A stretch of DNA of 64,000 bases, taken from the NCBI GenBank assembly GCA_016194305.1, contig JACQBW010000008.1, forward strand, positions 85,684-149,683. Reading direction: 5' to 3'. The DNA comes from Nitrospirota bacterium. Its GTDB lineage: Bacteria > Nitrospirota > Nitrospiria > JACQBW01. The notes below the pieces were generated by a model that saw nothing but the letters and a program-made list of their open reading frames with translations, was not told where the DNA came from and ran no database searches. Below are positions 26,607-36,229 of this stretch, piece by piece. How positions within the stretch are numbered: position 1 is the stretch's first letter; every line of letters starts with the position of its first letter. Position numbers and translations under genes: made by a program.

Positions 26607-27044
26607 CTATTTCCCGATTTCTAAAGCTTTAAGCGCCATATTTTTCGTGGCATTGAAGGCCGTGACATTGGCTTCGTATGAGCGGGATGCCGAAATCATG
26701 TTGACCATTTCTTCCATCGGATTAACATTCGGAAATAGCACATACCCTGAAGCGTCCGCATCGGGATGCTGGGGATTATAGACCTGTTTAAACGGCCGGG
26801 TGTCGCTGATCACATCGCTCACTTCGACTCCCTGTTCCGATTTGGAAGTGATGGAAGAAAGGGCACTTTCAAATGAATTGCCTGTGTCAACGGTGGAAAA
26901 GACAACATCTTTTCTCCGATAGGGGCCCCCTTCAGGCGTTCGGGTCGAGTCGACGTTCGCCAGATTGCTTGAGATCACATTGAGCCGTTCCTTCTGAGCA
27001 TCTAACCCGGAAGCTGAAATCATAAAAGCTGCATCTAAATCCAT
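26607..27044 (-). CDS. flgC: Basal-body rod protein FlgC
   Basis: SNLAN..STRT..GGPYRRK, P.HPDA..GYV..PNVN, ASRSYEAN. Confidence 0.96.
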   Translation of the reverse strand: MDLDAAFMISASGLDAQKERLNVISSNLANVDSTRTPEGGPYRRKDVVFSTVDTGNSFESALSSITSKSEQGVEVSDVISDTRPFKQVYNPQHPDADASGYVLFPNVNPMEEMVNMISASRSYEANVTAFNATKNMALKALEIGK

Positions 27045-27119
27045 TTTTCTGTCCCCTTATATATTTATCTTTCTTTGAGTGAAATGGGTCTCGCTTCTCA
27101 CTTAACCTCTTAGGTTATT

Positions 27120-27521
27120 TTATTTACTTTCGCTGATGACATAATGGAGCATTTTAAACTTCTCGGAAATCATCTGAACGGCGGCGCTGTAATTGACCTG
27201 ATTTTCCGCCAGTTTGGCCATCTCCATTTCACTATCCACCGTATTTCCATCCAGTCGTTTGGAGGGGCCCGGTATTTCCGTGGGCAAAATGGCTGTCGAT
27301 CCGGAAGAGAGGCCTCCCAGATGAGATCCGCTTGTCCGGGAAAGTTGAATAGACGAGGAGTCGCTGGTCGCCGATTTCAAGATCTCTTTAAAATTAACAT
27401 CGTTTGCCCGAAACCCGGGGGTCTCCTGATTGGCGATATTTGCTGAAATGACCCGATTCTTCTCGCTTCGGATGTCGAGTGATTTTTCAAGTATTCCGAT
27501 GGTCTTATTGAATATTTCCAT
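27120..27521 (-). CDS. flgB: Basal-body rod protein FlgB
   Basis: NIAN.ETPGF.A.DV.F, DGNTVD.E.EM. Confidence 0.95.
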   Translation of the reverse strand: MEIFNKTIGILEKSLDIRSEKNRVISANIANQETPGFRANDVNFKEILKSATSDSSSIQLSRTSGSHLGGLSSGSTAILPTEIPGPSKRLDGNTVDSEMEMAKLAENQVNYSAAVQMISEKFKMLHYVISESK

Positions 27522-27560
27522 GGTGAATCCTTCTTTATTTAAGTTTCCACATGTTGATTA

Positions 27561-27577
27561 TGCAAATAGCACGCCAG
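27561..27577 (-). promoter_or_regulatory. sigma54 promoter of the flgB-fli operon
   Basis: Minus strand CTGGCGTGCTATTTGCA, GG-N10-GC. Confidence 0.8.
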
Positions 27578-27601
27578 GAAAAATAAAGTGCCCCTGACCC
27601 A

Positions 27602-29062
27602 TCACACTTCACCCTTCACCAGGTTTTCTCGATTGTCCTGGGAAGATTCTGCCTCCTCCAGAGGGCAACTTTTACCTACCCCTGGATCATTCGGTTGAAT
27701 AAATCGTCCCGTTTCACGATAATCTCTTAACTTGTTTCGCACCGTTCTGATGCTAATCCCCAGTATTTTTGCGGTTTGGGTTCTATTTCCCCCTGATTTT
27801 TCAAGGGTTTTCAAAATCAATTCTCTTTCCGCCTCCCAGACGGTTTGAGGCATGACATGCGATTCAACTTTTTTAGAAGGATCCGATTGATCTTCCTCAA
27901 ACATCAAATGCTCCGGGAAAATAATGCCGTTTTCAGCAAGAAGAAACGCACGCTCCATGACATTTTCAAATTCTCTGACGTTTCCCTGCCATTTTTTTGA
28001 CATCAGGTGATTCAGAGCTTCCGGAGAAAGGGACATGGAAGGGCTCTCTTTTTTGCAGAAAAGTTTTTGTTGAAAGTATTCAAAGAGAATAGGGATATCG
28101 TTCAGCCGGTTCCGGAGTGGGGGCAACCTAAGCGGAAAGACATTGAGACGGTAATAAAGGTCTTCTCGAAACCGTCCTGATTTCACCTCTTCCCAGATCG
28201 GGCGATTCGTTGTGGCAATGACCCGGATATCTAATGGAATCGGCTCTTTCCCTCCCAGGAGTTCCACTTCGCGTTCTTGTAGAATTCGGAGAAGTTTCGC
28301 CTGGAGGTGAAGCGGCATTTCACTCACTTCGTCGAGCAGAATCGTACCGGTATGGGCCAGTTCAAATTTTCCGGGTTTTTTGGAGACGGCGCCTGTGAAA
28401 GCCCCCTTTTCATACCCGAAGAGTTCGCTCTCCAGGAGTGTTTCAGGGACCGCGGCGCAGTTGATCGCGATGAAAGGACGGTGTGCTCTGGGGCTGAATT
28501 CATGAATATGGCGAGCCAGGAGTTCTTTTCCGGTGCCGCTCTCTCCCTCGATCAAAATCGTTGCCTGGCTTGCCGCGACGACTTCAGCCAGTTTCAGGAT
28601 TTTGAGCATGGCCGTATCCTGGCTGATCATCCGTTTTTTTCCTTTGGGAAGGCTCTTGATTCGGGAGATCGGATGCACCGCGTCTCCTTCCTGGAATGCT
28701 CTGCGAATCGCCGATTCCAGTGTCTCCTGCGTGAAAGGTTTAACCAGAAAATCAAAAATGCCCGACTTCATCGCATCAACCGCCTTGTCGATTGTCCCAT
28801 AAGCAGACATCATAATCACCGGGATCTTGATTTGAGATTTCTGGATCTCCTGAAAGACTTCCAGACCATTCATCTGAGGCAGTTTAAAATCGGTCAGGAT
28901 CGCCCCGATCGGTCTATCTTTGAAAAGTTGAATCCCTTCCTCTCCCCGTGAAGCGGTGAAGACGGAGTATCCCATCTGCTGGATAGATGCGGCCAGTGCG
29001 GACCGCATTTCGGGTTCATCGTCGATGACCAGAATTGATCGAGACTTCGTCTCCGTACTCAT
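27602..29062 (-). CDS. sigma54-dependent response regulator, FleR/FlrC-like
   Basis: Receiver (IDDE, LTDFK), [14 protein letters not shown], Fis HTH; directly upstream of flgB. Confidence 0.9.
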   Translation of the reverse strand: MSTETKSRSILVIDDEPEMRSALAASIQQMGYSVFTASRGEEGIQLFKDRPIGAILTDFKLPQMNGLEVFQEIQKSQIKIPVIMMSAYGTIDKAVDAMKSGIFDFLVKPFTQETLESAIRRAFQEGDAVHPISRIKSLPKGKKRMISQDTAMLKILKLAEVVAASQATILIEGESGTGKELLARHIHEFSPRAHRPFIAINCAAVPETLLESELFGYEKGAFTGAVSKKPGKFELAHTGTILLDEVSEMPLHLQAKLLRILQEREVELLGGKEPIPLDIRVIATTNRPIWEEVKSGRFREDLYYRLNVFPLRLPPLRNRLNDIPILFEYFQQKLFCKKESPSMSLSPEALNHLMSKKWQGNVREFENVMERAFLLAENGIIFPEHLMFEEDQSDPSKKVESHVMPQTVWEAERELILKTLEKSGGNRTQTAKILGISIRTVRNKLRDYRETGRFIQPNDPGVGKSCPLEEAESSQDNRENLVKGEV

Positions 29063-29238
29063 GATTTGTCTCCTTTTTTGTTCTCTTTTTTAATCTCGGC
29101 CAAAATCTGCAGTATGGTCAACCGGGAATCTTCTTCGCGGGAATGGTGAATGAATTCAGTCGAAATCTTTTTTTTCATCTGATTTAAGTGGTTCTCCCGG
29201 TACGATTCGAGAGGTCTCTGTTTACGACTACTCTTCAT
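29059..29238 (-). CDS. Small 59-aa hypothetical protein between kinase and regulator
   Basis: ATG at 29238 overlaps the kinase end; its TGA overlaps the regulator ATG (ATGA). Confidence 0.4.
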   Translation of the reverse strand: MKSSRKQRPLESYRENHLNQMKKKISTEFIHHSREEDSRLTILQILAEIKKENKKGDKS

Positions 29239-30136
29239 CCACAACTCTAAGACAGGGTTGATCCAGGCGACGGCCTCTTGTTCCGGGATTAAGCGGAAGC
29301 GTGAGAATAAAGGTCGTGCCGCATTGAGGAGACGAGGCCACCTCAATACTCCCTTCGTGAGCCTGGACTGCATTATGAACGATAGAGAGCCCCAGACCTG
29401 TTCCTTTATTCTTGGTCGTGAAAAAGGGGTCAAAAATCCGTGGCTGAACCACCTCGGAGATCCCGGAGCCGGTATCGCAGATACGGACGCGGACTTCGCC
29501 TTCTGAAGAGTCTGAAGTCATATCGCCAAAAATGGTCAACCGGCCGCCATCCGGCATCGCCTCCACGGCGTTTAAGATTAGGTTGAGAAAGACTTGCTTT
29601 AATAGAGATTCGTCACAAAGAAGCGGTTCAGTTACCTTTTCCAGCTGGATCTCAAGTTGAATCTGATTTTGAATCAGGAGCGGGAGAGAAAAGATCCTGG
29701 CCTCCTCGATGATTCGGCTTAACTCCTGTTTATTAAATGAGGGACTGGGTTTCCCTGTAAACAAGAGCAGATTGGTCAAGGCATAATCCATCGCCGAGAC
29801 CGCTGACGAAATGTGGACGGCCCATTGCTCCTTTTCAGGATCATCTTTCAGATTATTCTTCAATAGCCCTGCAAAGAGCTCGATACTCCCGAGCGGATTT
29901 CTTAATTCATGAGCCATTCGGGCTGCCATTTCACCTGCCGCGGCCAGACGGACATTTCTTTCCGCCTTCTCCCGAAGAATCTGATTTTCATTTGAACTTT
30001 TCTCCAGCGCCATTTTTAACTGCTGGACCTGGGCCTCCATCGATTTATAGGAGCGCTCCAGTTCGAGCGATGCGGAACTGAAACGATGGAAGGCTTCATG
30101 AAGAAGTTCTATTTTTTCATTTTCGGTCGGCATCAT
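29228..30136 (-). CDS. Cytoplasmic histidine kinase, FleS/FlrB/FlgS-like
   Basis: F..F...S..LE.SY coiled coil, AHELRNPL, N/G/F boxes; no TM or PAS domain. Confidence 0.88.
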   Translation of the reverse strand: MMPTENEKIELLHEAFHRFSSASLELERSYKSMEAQVQQLKMALEKSSNENQILREKAERNVRLAAAGEMAARMAHELRNPLGSIELFAGLLKNNLKDDPEKEQWAVHISSAVSAMDYALTNLLLFTGKPSPSFNKQELSRIIEEARIFSLPLLIQNQIQLEIQLEKVTEPLLCDESLLKQVFLNLILNAVEAMPDGGRLTIFGDMTSDSSEGEVRVRICDTGSGISEVVQPRIFDPFFTTKNKGTGLGLSIVHNAVQAHEGSIEVASSPQCGTTFILTLPLNPGTRGRRLDQPCLRVVDEE

Positions 30137-32136
30137 TTTTTGGCCTCGATTTTGGAAGATGTTTTTTCAATGGATAATGTCTTGATTATCGGATCTGCCG
30201 CGGTTTTTCCGAGTTCGGCCAGGAGCTCTTTTTCTTTGTTCGTTTGACCCATAGCGGCATAGGACTTGGCAATGCGATATCGGATCCAATCAGACAATCG
30301 GGAATCTCCCTTTTCCCGGAGTCCGTTTTCATAAGCGGTAATCGCTTTCTTGTACTGTTTTAACTGAAAATAATTGTCGCCCAGTTTTTGATAAAGAACC
30401 GGCTTGAGATGAGGCTCTTTCTGAAGAAGCTGTTGATAAATTGGGATCGCTTCGCGGAACTGCTGATTTTTGTCATACGTGGAGGCCAGCTTCAGACTCA
30501 TATTTCTCGCGTTCGGTGCGGCGGCATAAAGAGAAAGCCACAGTTTGAATTTCTCAATCGCCAGATCGTATTTCTTGGCTTTCAGCAAGATATTTCCGAG
30601 CGCTTCGATGACATCCGGCTTGCGCCGGCTCTCCGGATATTTTTTCAGAAAAAACTCCAGCTTTTTCCGGGCGGTCACGTATTCGCCGGTTTCAGTCAGG
30701 GTATTGGCGTAAAGGTAAAGTGCTTCATCCATTTGAGGAAGCGTAGTACTGTTCATCGAGGTTTCAAGGATGGGGAGAGCTTGGCTGTAAAATCCGTTTC
30801 GAATCAGACTGGAGGCGATTTTAAATCCGGTAGGGCCGAAAATTAGTTTTCCGGAGAAGATGTCCGCGGAACCGAAATAAATCTCGACGACCCCCAAATC
30901 ATTTCCGGCCTGATACTCTTTGTCGACCGCTTCGACCGCAGATTTGTTCAGCGCAATGAGGACATCTCTCTGAAGCGGGGAGCCTTCGAGATACGGATAG
31001 AGCTTCTTATTAATTTCGAATGTCATGAGCGGTTTGCCGAGACGCAAGAACTGTTCCCCTTCCTGAAAGACAAATTGCTGTACCGTAATGGAGGGAGGGG
31101 GTTCCTGAAGAAGGCTGTCAATCATATCGCCGATGACTTTGGCTCCGTCGCGAGGCACTTTAACCTGTTTCGGATCGCCTTCGGTACACTTTTGAATGAT
31201 AAAGGACTCCAGCCCATGTTTTCTCGATTTTTTCAGACACTCCTGGGTTTTGATTTCTTCGATTTCATTAATGAGATCGGTGATTTTCGTACCCAGAGGT
31301 CCGGGATAAAGACTTTGAATGATATCGACCATGTTGGTCGATGCTTTTCCATCTTCTTCGAGATAAAAGATATTGACCAGTCTCGATAAGACCATCAACG
31401 TCAGCGGATCCCTCGGAAAGATGTTATAGAATTTCAGGAAGATCTCTTTGGCCTCTTTCCTCCGGCCGGTTTGATAGGCCGAATCGCCGAAATGATAGAG
31501 GGTGAGAGGCTGTTGAGATAAATACGTTTCGTACGATTTCAAACCGGTACTGTAAATCATGTAGGCATGTGCAAAATCATTGGAGTAATAAAGCGTTTCC
31601 GCAAGTCCCAGGACCGCCAGCGGCCGATCCTCGGGTGCAAGAGAGGACGGGGAGATCTTGCTGTAGGCATCCAGGGCCTCTTTCCATCTTTCCCACACCT
31701 GGTAAGTATGAGCGATACCGAGAAGCGCTTTGGAAGCATATGGAGAGTCCGGAAACTTCAAGAGAATTCTTTTATAGCTTGCGATCGATTCATATTGAAG
31801 TCCGAGCCGAGAGGAGATGGCACCGATCTTCCAGAGTCCCCGCGCACTGTTTACAGACTCAGGAAAAGCGATGTTGGCCTCCCGAAACGAATCAATTGCC
31901 ATCTGAAGAAAATCCGTATCTCCATCACCGGCAAGTTTTAAATAAATATCCCCCTTCAAAAAAAGGGCGACCTCTCTTTCAGTCTCTTTGGAAGCCGTTT
32001 CTAGAAGCTTTTTGGTTTCCTGAAGCGCGCTTTCGTATTCTCCCTTTTCATAAGGGTCCAGAGCGGGTTTCAACCATCGTTTCAACTGCTCTTTCCCTTT
32101 TTCCGGGATGAGCGGGAGATCATCCTCTTTCGCCAT
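30133..32136 (-). CDS. Large TPR protein; the reading frame continues about 54 codons upstream through a signal-peptide-like segment
   Basis: Multiple TPRs (FPES, YPESR, KLGDNYF); start overlaps nothing but stop overlaps the kinase ATG. Confidence 0.8.
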   Translation of the reverse strand: MAKEDDLPLIPEKGKEQLKRWLKPALDPYEKGEYESALQETKKLLETASKETEREVALFLKGDIYLKLAGDGDTDFLQMAIDSFREANIAFPESVNSARGLWKIGAISSRLGLQYESIASYKRILLKFPDSPYASKALLGIAHTYQVWERWKEALDAYSKISPSSLAPEDRPLAVLGLAETLYYSNDFAHAYMIYSTGLKSYETYLSQQPLTLYHFGDSAYQTGRRKEAKEIFLKFYNIFPRDPLTLMVLSRLVNIFYLEEDGKASTNMVDIIQSLYPGPLGTKITDLINEIEEIKTQECLKKSRKHGLESFIIQKCTEGDPKQVKVPRDGAKVIGDMIDSLLQEPPPSITVQQFVFQEGEQFLRLGKPLMTFEINKKLYPYLEGSPLQRDVLIALNKSAVEAVDKEYQAGNDLGVVEIYFGSADIFSGKLIFGPTGFKIASSLIRNGFYSQALPILETSMNSTTLPQMDEALYLYANTLTETGEYVTARKKLEFFLKKYPESRRKPDVIEALGNILLKAKKYDLAIEKFKLWLSLYAAAPNARNMSLKLASTYDKNQQFREAIPIYQQLLQKEPHLKPVLYQKLGDNYFQLKQYKKAITAYENGLREKGDSRLSDWIRYRIAKSYAAMGQTNKEKELLAELGKTAADPIIKTLSIEKTSSKIEAKK

Positions 32137-32324
32137 GATTTTAGCAGGAAGTGTGTTGTTCGATTCAGAAGCCGATGCATTAACGGCAGCGGGAGCCGAT
32201 TCGACCGGGGGAAGCGTGCTGGCCAGAGCGATAGAGAAGATAAAAGCAGGAACGAATAAAATAGCGACACCTCGAACAAGAAAATGGATAAGGAGATTTC
32301 ACAAACGATCTCAATCGGGGTATA

Positions 32325-32341
32325 AGCAATTAGTATGCCAG
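32325..32341 (-). promoter_or_regulatory. sigma54 promoter of the TPR-kinase-regulator operon
   Basis: Minus strand CTGGCATACTAATTGCT, GG-N10-GC. Confidence 0.82.
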
Positions 32342-32444
32342 CGACTGTTTATGCGGCTTTAAGGGGAAAAACGGGGCGAAAGGCAGCTATTTTCGCAAAA
32401 AGAGGGGATTATTCTCTAAAATTTTTTTTTAATCAAGATCGACA

Positions 32445-32458
32445 GTCAAATGTTTGAC
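32445..32458. promoter_or_regulatory. FleQ-box-like palindrome (GTCA-N6-TGAC)
   Basis: GTCAAATGTTTGAC about 105 bp upstream of the sigma54 promoter at 32341. Confidence 0.6.
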
Positions 32459-32484
32459 GATCCCATTTTAGACTCTTGAAGAAG

Positions 32485-33885
32485 TTAAGGCGTGATCTCT
32501 TCCGTCTGTTTCGAATGTTTGTCGAGCCGTTTCAAACGTTCAACCAGGGTGGTCCGATTCAGCTGAAGGAGTTGTGCGGCCCTGTTTTTCACCCCTTTTG
32601 ATTTGACAAGGGCCTGATTCAGCAGATGGACTTCAAACTCGGTGACCACCTTGGTGAAATTAATCCCTTCATCCGGAAACTGAAAAAGTGAAGAGCCGGA
32701 TGCAGGCTCAATTCTTTTGTATTTATCGGGAATATCTTCCGGTGAAATGGCACCTTCGTGCCGTAAGGTAATCATTCTTTCCATCAGATTTTCCAGTTCG
32801 CGGATATTGCCGGGCCAGCTGTAAGCCATCAGAATCTTGAGCGCCTCAGGCGTCAAGCCTTGAATGGTTCTCCCTTTTTTCGAGTTGAATTTGGAGAGAA
32901 AGTGATCGATTAAAAGAGGAATATCTTCTTTATGTTCTCGCAGGGCGGGGACATAGATCGGAATGACGTTTAACCGGTAGAAAAGATCTTTACGGAATTT
33001 TTTTTCAACCACCGCTTCTTCAAGATCCTGATTGGTTGCGGCAATAATCCGGACATCGACGTGGATCGAACGGTTCCCTCCTACCCGTTCAAACTCCCGT
33101 TCTTGCAATACCCGGAGGAGCTTTACCTGCAAGGGAAGCGGGAGTTCGCTAATCTCATCGAGAAAAAGCGTTCCGCCATGGGCAAGCTCAAACCGGCCGA
33201 GTCTCGAAGAGACCGCGCCGGTAAAGGCCCCCTTTTCATGTCCAAAAAGTTCGCTTTCCAGAAGCGCTTCCGGAATCGCGCCGCAATTGATCGGAATCAG
33301 CGGCTTGTCCTTCCGGGGGGAGTTAAAATGAATGGTCTTGGCGATGACCTCCTTCCCTGTACCGCTCTCTCCCTGAAGGAGGACGGTGCTGTCGCTGTCC
33401 GATACCTTTTCAATCATTTCAAATACTTTTTGCATCGGGGGAGAGTTTCCGATGATATTTTCAAATCGGTATTTTTCCTGGACGCTCTTCTGGAGAATCA
33501 GGTTTTCATGTTTGAGGCGATAATATTCCAGCGCCTTCTTGACGAGCGCCAGAACGAGATCAATTTGGAAGGGCTTGGGGAGATAATCGTAAGCTCCCGC
33601 TTTTAACGCATCCACCGCTGATTCAATCGTTCCAAAAGCCGTCATCATGATGACCACCGCTTCAGAATCGATCTTTCGAATCTCCTTTAACAGGTCAATT
33701 CCGGTCATTCCGGGGAGATGGTGGTCGATCAGGTATAGATGGAAGGGGGTCCGTTTCGCCATTTTTAGCGCTTCTTCGCCTTCGGCTAGCGAGACGGTTT
33801 GAAATCCGGAAGTATTGAGAAGCATCTCGAGCATCTTGCGAACCGATGCGTCATCTTCGACAATCATGATTTGAGAAGTCGGCAT
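32485..33885 (-). CDS. sigma54-dependent activator, FleQ/FlrA-like master regulator candidate
   Basis: Receiver (VEDD, LIDHH), [18 protein letters not shown]-terminal AAQLL.LNRTTLVE; ATG 33885 has an AGGAG RBS. Confidence 0.85.
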   Translation of the reverse strand: MPTSQIMIVEDDASVRKMLEMLLNTSGFQTVSLAEGEEALKMAKRTPFHLYLIDHHLPGMTGIDLLKEIRKIDSEAVVIMMTAFGTIESAVDALKAGAYDYLPKPFQIDLVLALVKKALEYYRLKHENLILQKSVQEKYRFENIIGNSPPMQKVFEMIEKVSDSDSTVLLQGESGTGKEVIAKTIHFNSPRKDKPLIPINCGAIPEALLESELFGHEKGAFTGAVSSRLGRFELAHGGTLFLDEISELPLPLQVKLLRVLQEREFERVGGNRSIHVDVRIIAATNQDLEEAVVEKKFRKDLFYRLNVIPIYVPALREHKEDIPLLIDHFLSKFNSKKGRTIQGLTPEALKILMAYSWPGNIRELENLMERMITLRHEGAISPEDIPDKYKRIEPASGSSLFQFPDEGINFTKVVTEFEVHLLNQALVKSKGVKNRAAQLLQLNRTTLVERLKRLDKHSKQTEEITP

Positions 33886-33919
33886 GGGCGTCTCCTTCCA
33901 AGAGGTAAAACGGTTATTA

Positions 33920-33933
33920 GTCAAGAATTTGAC
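33920..33933. promoter_or_regulatory. FleQ-box-like palindrome in the activator's own upstream region
   Basis: GTCAAGAATTTGAC. Confidence 0.55.
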
Positions 33934-34172
33934 AAAATAATTCTTTATCTTTCAATAACAAGCCGGAATAATAGACGAAGTGTCAATTCATTGCAGAATA
34001 GTTTATAAATAACACCTTTTCCGGGATTAGTCAAATTAAAGCGTCAATATCATGGCGTTCTTTTGCCTGATTTCGGGCCAAATTTCTTCGCTTGTTCAAC
34101 GAAACCGATTCTACTACAATCGGGAATAAGAGATCTGGTCGGCCCGTACCACTCACAGGAAGTTTGACATCC

Positions 34173-34961
34173 ATGAAAAAATATTTGACTCTTTTTAGAA
34201 TCAACTGGCAGAACTCGCTTCAGTACAGGGCCTCGACGGTGATTTATATCGTCGGATACGGCCTCTATATCTCGGTCATTCTTTATCTCTGGATGTCCGT
34301 ATACCAGGCGGGGAACAAAATGGGGGACTACACCCTGACCGATCTTTTAACCTATTATCTCCTGCAGTTGATTGTGAATATCCTGATCCTTTCTTATATC
34401 AGCTGGGAACTGATCGACCAGATCCGGGAAGGTTTCTTTTCAAATTTCCTGATCAAACCGCTGAATCTTCTCGTCTATTGGTTTACTGTCAATCTCTCCG
34501 GAAAACTCCTGGAGACGATCTATCTCAGCATGATTGGCGCGGTGCTCTATTTTTTCATGAGGGATTATTTCTGGCTTCCGCATCATTTCTCAACCTTTAT
34601 ATATTTTGGGGGTTCTTTATTTCTGGCCATGACGCTCGCCTTTCTGATGGATTTTTGCATCGCGCTGATCGCTTTCTGGTTGATTCAGGTGAGGGTGTTC
34701 AAGTTCATGCTCCTCTACCTGGTCTTCTTCTTTTCCGGAGCGATTCTTCCGCTCGACCTTTTCCCGCAATGGCTCCAGAAAGGGGTTCACCTCCTTCCCT
34801 TTCAGTATCTCGCCTATGTGCCGATCCGGATTTTTCTGGAGAAACAAGAGAACCTCTCCTCGGTCTTTACGATTGAATTGTTCTGGCTCCTCTTCTTTTT
34901 TGCGTTGGCGAGCTGGATGGTCTCACGCGGGGTGAAGAGATATGAAGCGGTGGGGGGCTGA
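34173..34961 (+). CDS. ABC-2 family transporter permease
   Basis: Hydrophobic; QYR, IREG...L.KP, SG..LPL.LFP, LPFQY; likely start ATG 34173. Confidence 0.85.
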   Translation: MKKYLTLFRINWQNSLQYRASTVIYIVGYGLYISVILYLWMSVYQAGNKMGDYTLTDLLTYYLLQLIVNILILSYISWELIDQIREGFFSNFLIKPLNLLVYWFTVNLSGKLLETIYLSMIGAVLYFFMRDYFWLPHHFSTFIYFGGSLFLAMTLAFLMDFCIALIAFWLIQVRVFKFMLLYLVFFFSGAILPLDLFPQWLQKGVHLLPFQYLAYVPIRIFLEKQENLSSVFTIELFWLLFFFALASWMVSRGVKRYEAVGG

Positions 34962-34963
34962 CA

Positions 34964-35764
34964 ATGATTGAAGCGATTCGACGCCACTTGAAACTTTACA
35001 TCGCCTTTCTTGGCCACAATTTGAAAAATGAAATGATGTATCGTGCAAACTTTATCATTCTTTCCGCGATGGATATCTTTTTCATGGGGGTTAATGTCGT
35101 TTTTTTTACGATTATCTTTAACAATGTCCAGACCGTTGCCGGGTGGAGTTACTATCAGATGCTGATCCTGATCGGAAGTGTGGGAATCGTACGCGAAATG
35201 GCCTACCTGACATTCCGACAGGGGTTTTTAAATATCGGCGACTATATCCGAACCGGAGAATTCGACCTCCTATTGGTAAAACCGCTCTCCCCCCAGCTGC
35301 ATCTCGGATTCCGCCATATTTCCATGACCGAGAGCCTGGGTGAAGGGATCATGGGGATCATCCTGGCTGCGATCGGCTATTATCATCTTCCTCCGGGAAG
35401 TGTCATGGCGGTTCCGCTTTATATTATTTTTCTTTTTGTCTCGCTGATCATCTATTATTCCTTTTGTCTGATCGTCAACAGTGCCGTTTTCTGGATTATT
35501 AAATCACAGGAGTTAAATACGATTGTTTACTATTTTATGGAGACCGCGCGCTATCCGAGAGACATTTACCGGGGAATCGGAAAGGCGCTGTTTACTTTTG
35601 TCATTCCGATTTCGCTGATTGCGACGACGCCGGCCTCGATTCTGGCAGGGCGCGTCAGTTATTCCTTACTTTTTTTGTCGCTTTCCGTCGCCGGAGGATT
35701 GTTGTTGATCGGATCTTTAATCTGGCAGGTGAGTATTCGGCATTACTCGTCAGCAAGCAGTTAG
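34964..35764 (+). CDS. ABC-2 family transporter permease
   Basis: YRANF, GWS, GEFD.LL.KP, YP..IY, C-terminal YSSASS. Confidence 0.87.
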   Translation: MIEAIRRHLKLYIAFLGHNLKNEMMYRANFIILSAMDIFFMGVNVVFFTIIFNNVQTVAGWSYYQMLILIGSVGIVREMAYLTFRQGFLNIGDYIRTGEFDLLLVKPLSPQLHLGFRHISMTESLGEGIMGIILAAIGYYHLPPGSVMAVPLYIIFLFVSLIIYYSFCLIVNSAVFWIIKSQELNTIVYYFMETARYPRDIYRGIGKALFTFVIPISLIATTPASILAGRVSYSLLFLSLSVAGGLLLIGSLIWQVSIRHYSSASS

Positions 35765-35789
35765 TGAAAAGTTGATGAAAATGCTTCCG

Positions 35790-35998
35790 TTGTTGAAATT
35801 GGACCGAATGTGGCCTTGCTCCCGGTCGCTTCATTCGCTCTCCGCGTCTGCGGAAATAGGCGGGGGTATCCATGCCCCCTCCCCACTTGTCCTTACACGT
35901 CAAAGGCCAGTGGGGTTTCCCCCTGCCCATTTTCTCGTCGTGTTCGTTCGCTCAATTCGCGAATGTTCGCTCGCCCGCATCCGGTCCATTTTCAGCGA
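35790..35998. mobile_element. About 210-bp MITE-like fold-back element with about 22-bp terminal IRs
   Basis: GTTGAAATTGGACCGAATGTGG ... CCGCATCCGGTCCATTTTCAGC; GC-rich nested hairpins; lies within the ABC operon. Confidence 0.6.
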
Positions 35999-36183
35999 GA
36001 GTTTTTTTTACGGTTTTTTACTTGAAATAACCTGTCGTGTTATATCCTTAACGGAGACTCGGCGAAATTTGAAAATGCTTCATCCAATTGTTTAATCGAG
36101 ATGAGCATGAATTTCGGCGCCGTCGGAGGGAAGAATGTAGCTCAACCGGTCATAAATATTGTTTCGCTAGTAGTTATTTCATT

Positions 36184-36217
36184 TTTTCCCAATTTAACAA
36201 CTTAACAATTCAACAGG
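36184..36217. repeat. Family B element, right arm only
   Basis: TTTCCCA ATTTAACA ACTTAACA ATTCAACA GG, 12 nt before the ATPase start. Confidence 0.6.
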
Positions 36218-36229
36218 TTTCTTAATACT

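Noticed and set aside
28307..28951. Long antisense ORFs over the sigma54 activator (also 33061-33606, 31569-32111, 61384-61926)
   Set aside because: Shadow frames of well-supported genes; no RBS or motifs.
32082..32279. 65-aa hydrophobic ORF overlapping the TPR start
   Set aside because: An alternative frame of the T-rich signal-peptide-like DNA; the TPR frame itself gives the better signal sequence.
35655..36095. ORFs 35655-35930, 35772-36095 and 35810-36025
   Set aside because: They run through the fold-back element, with no transposase or other recognisable motifs.
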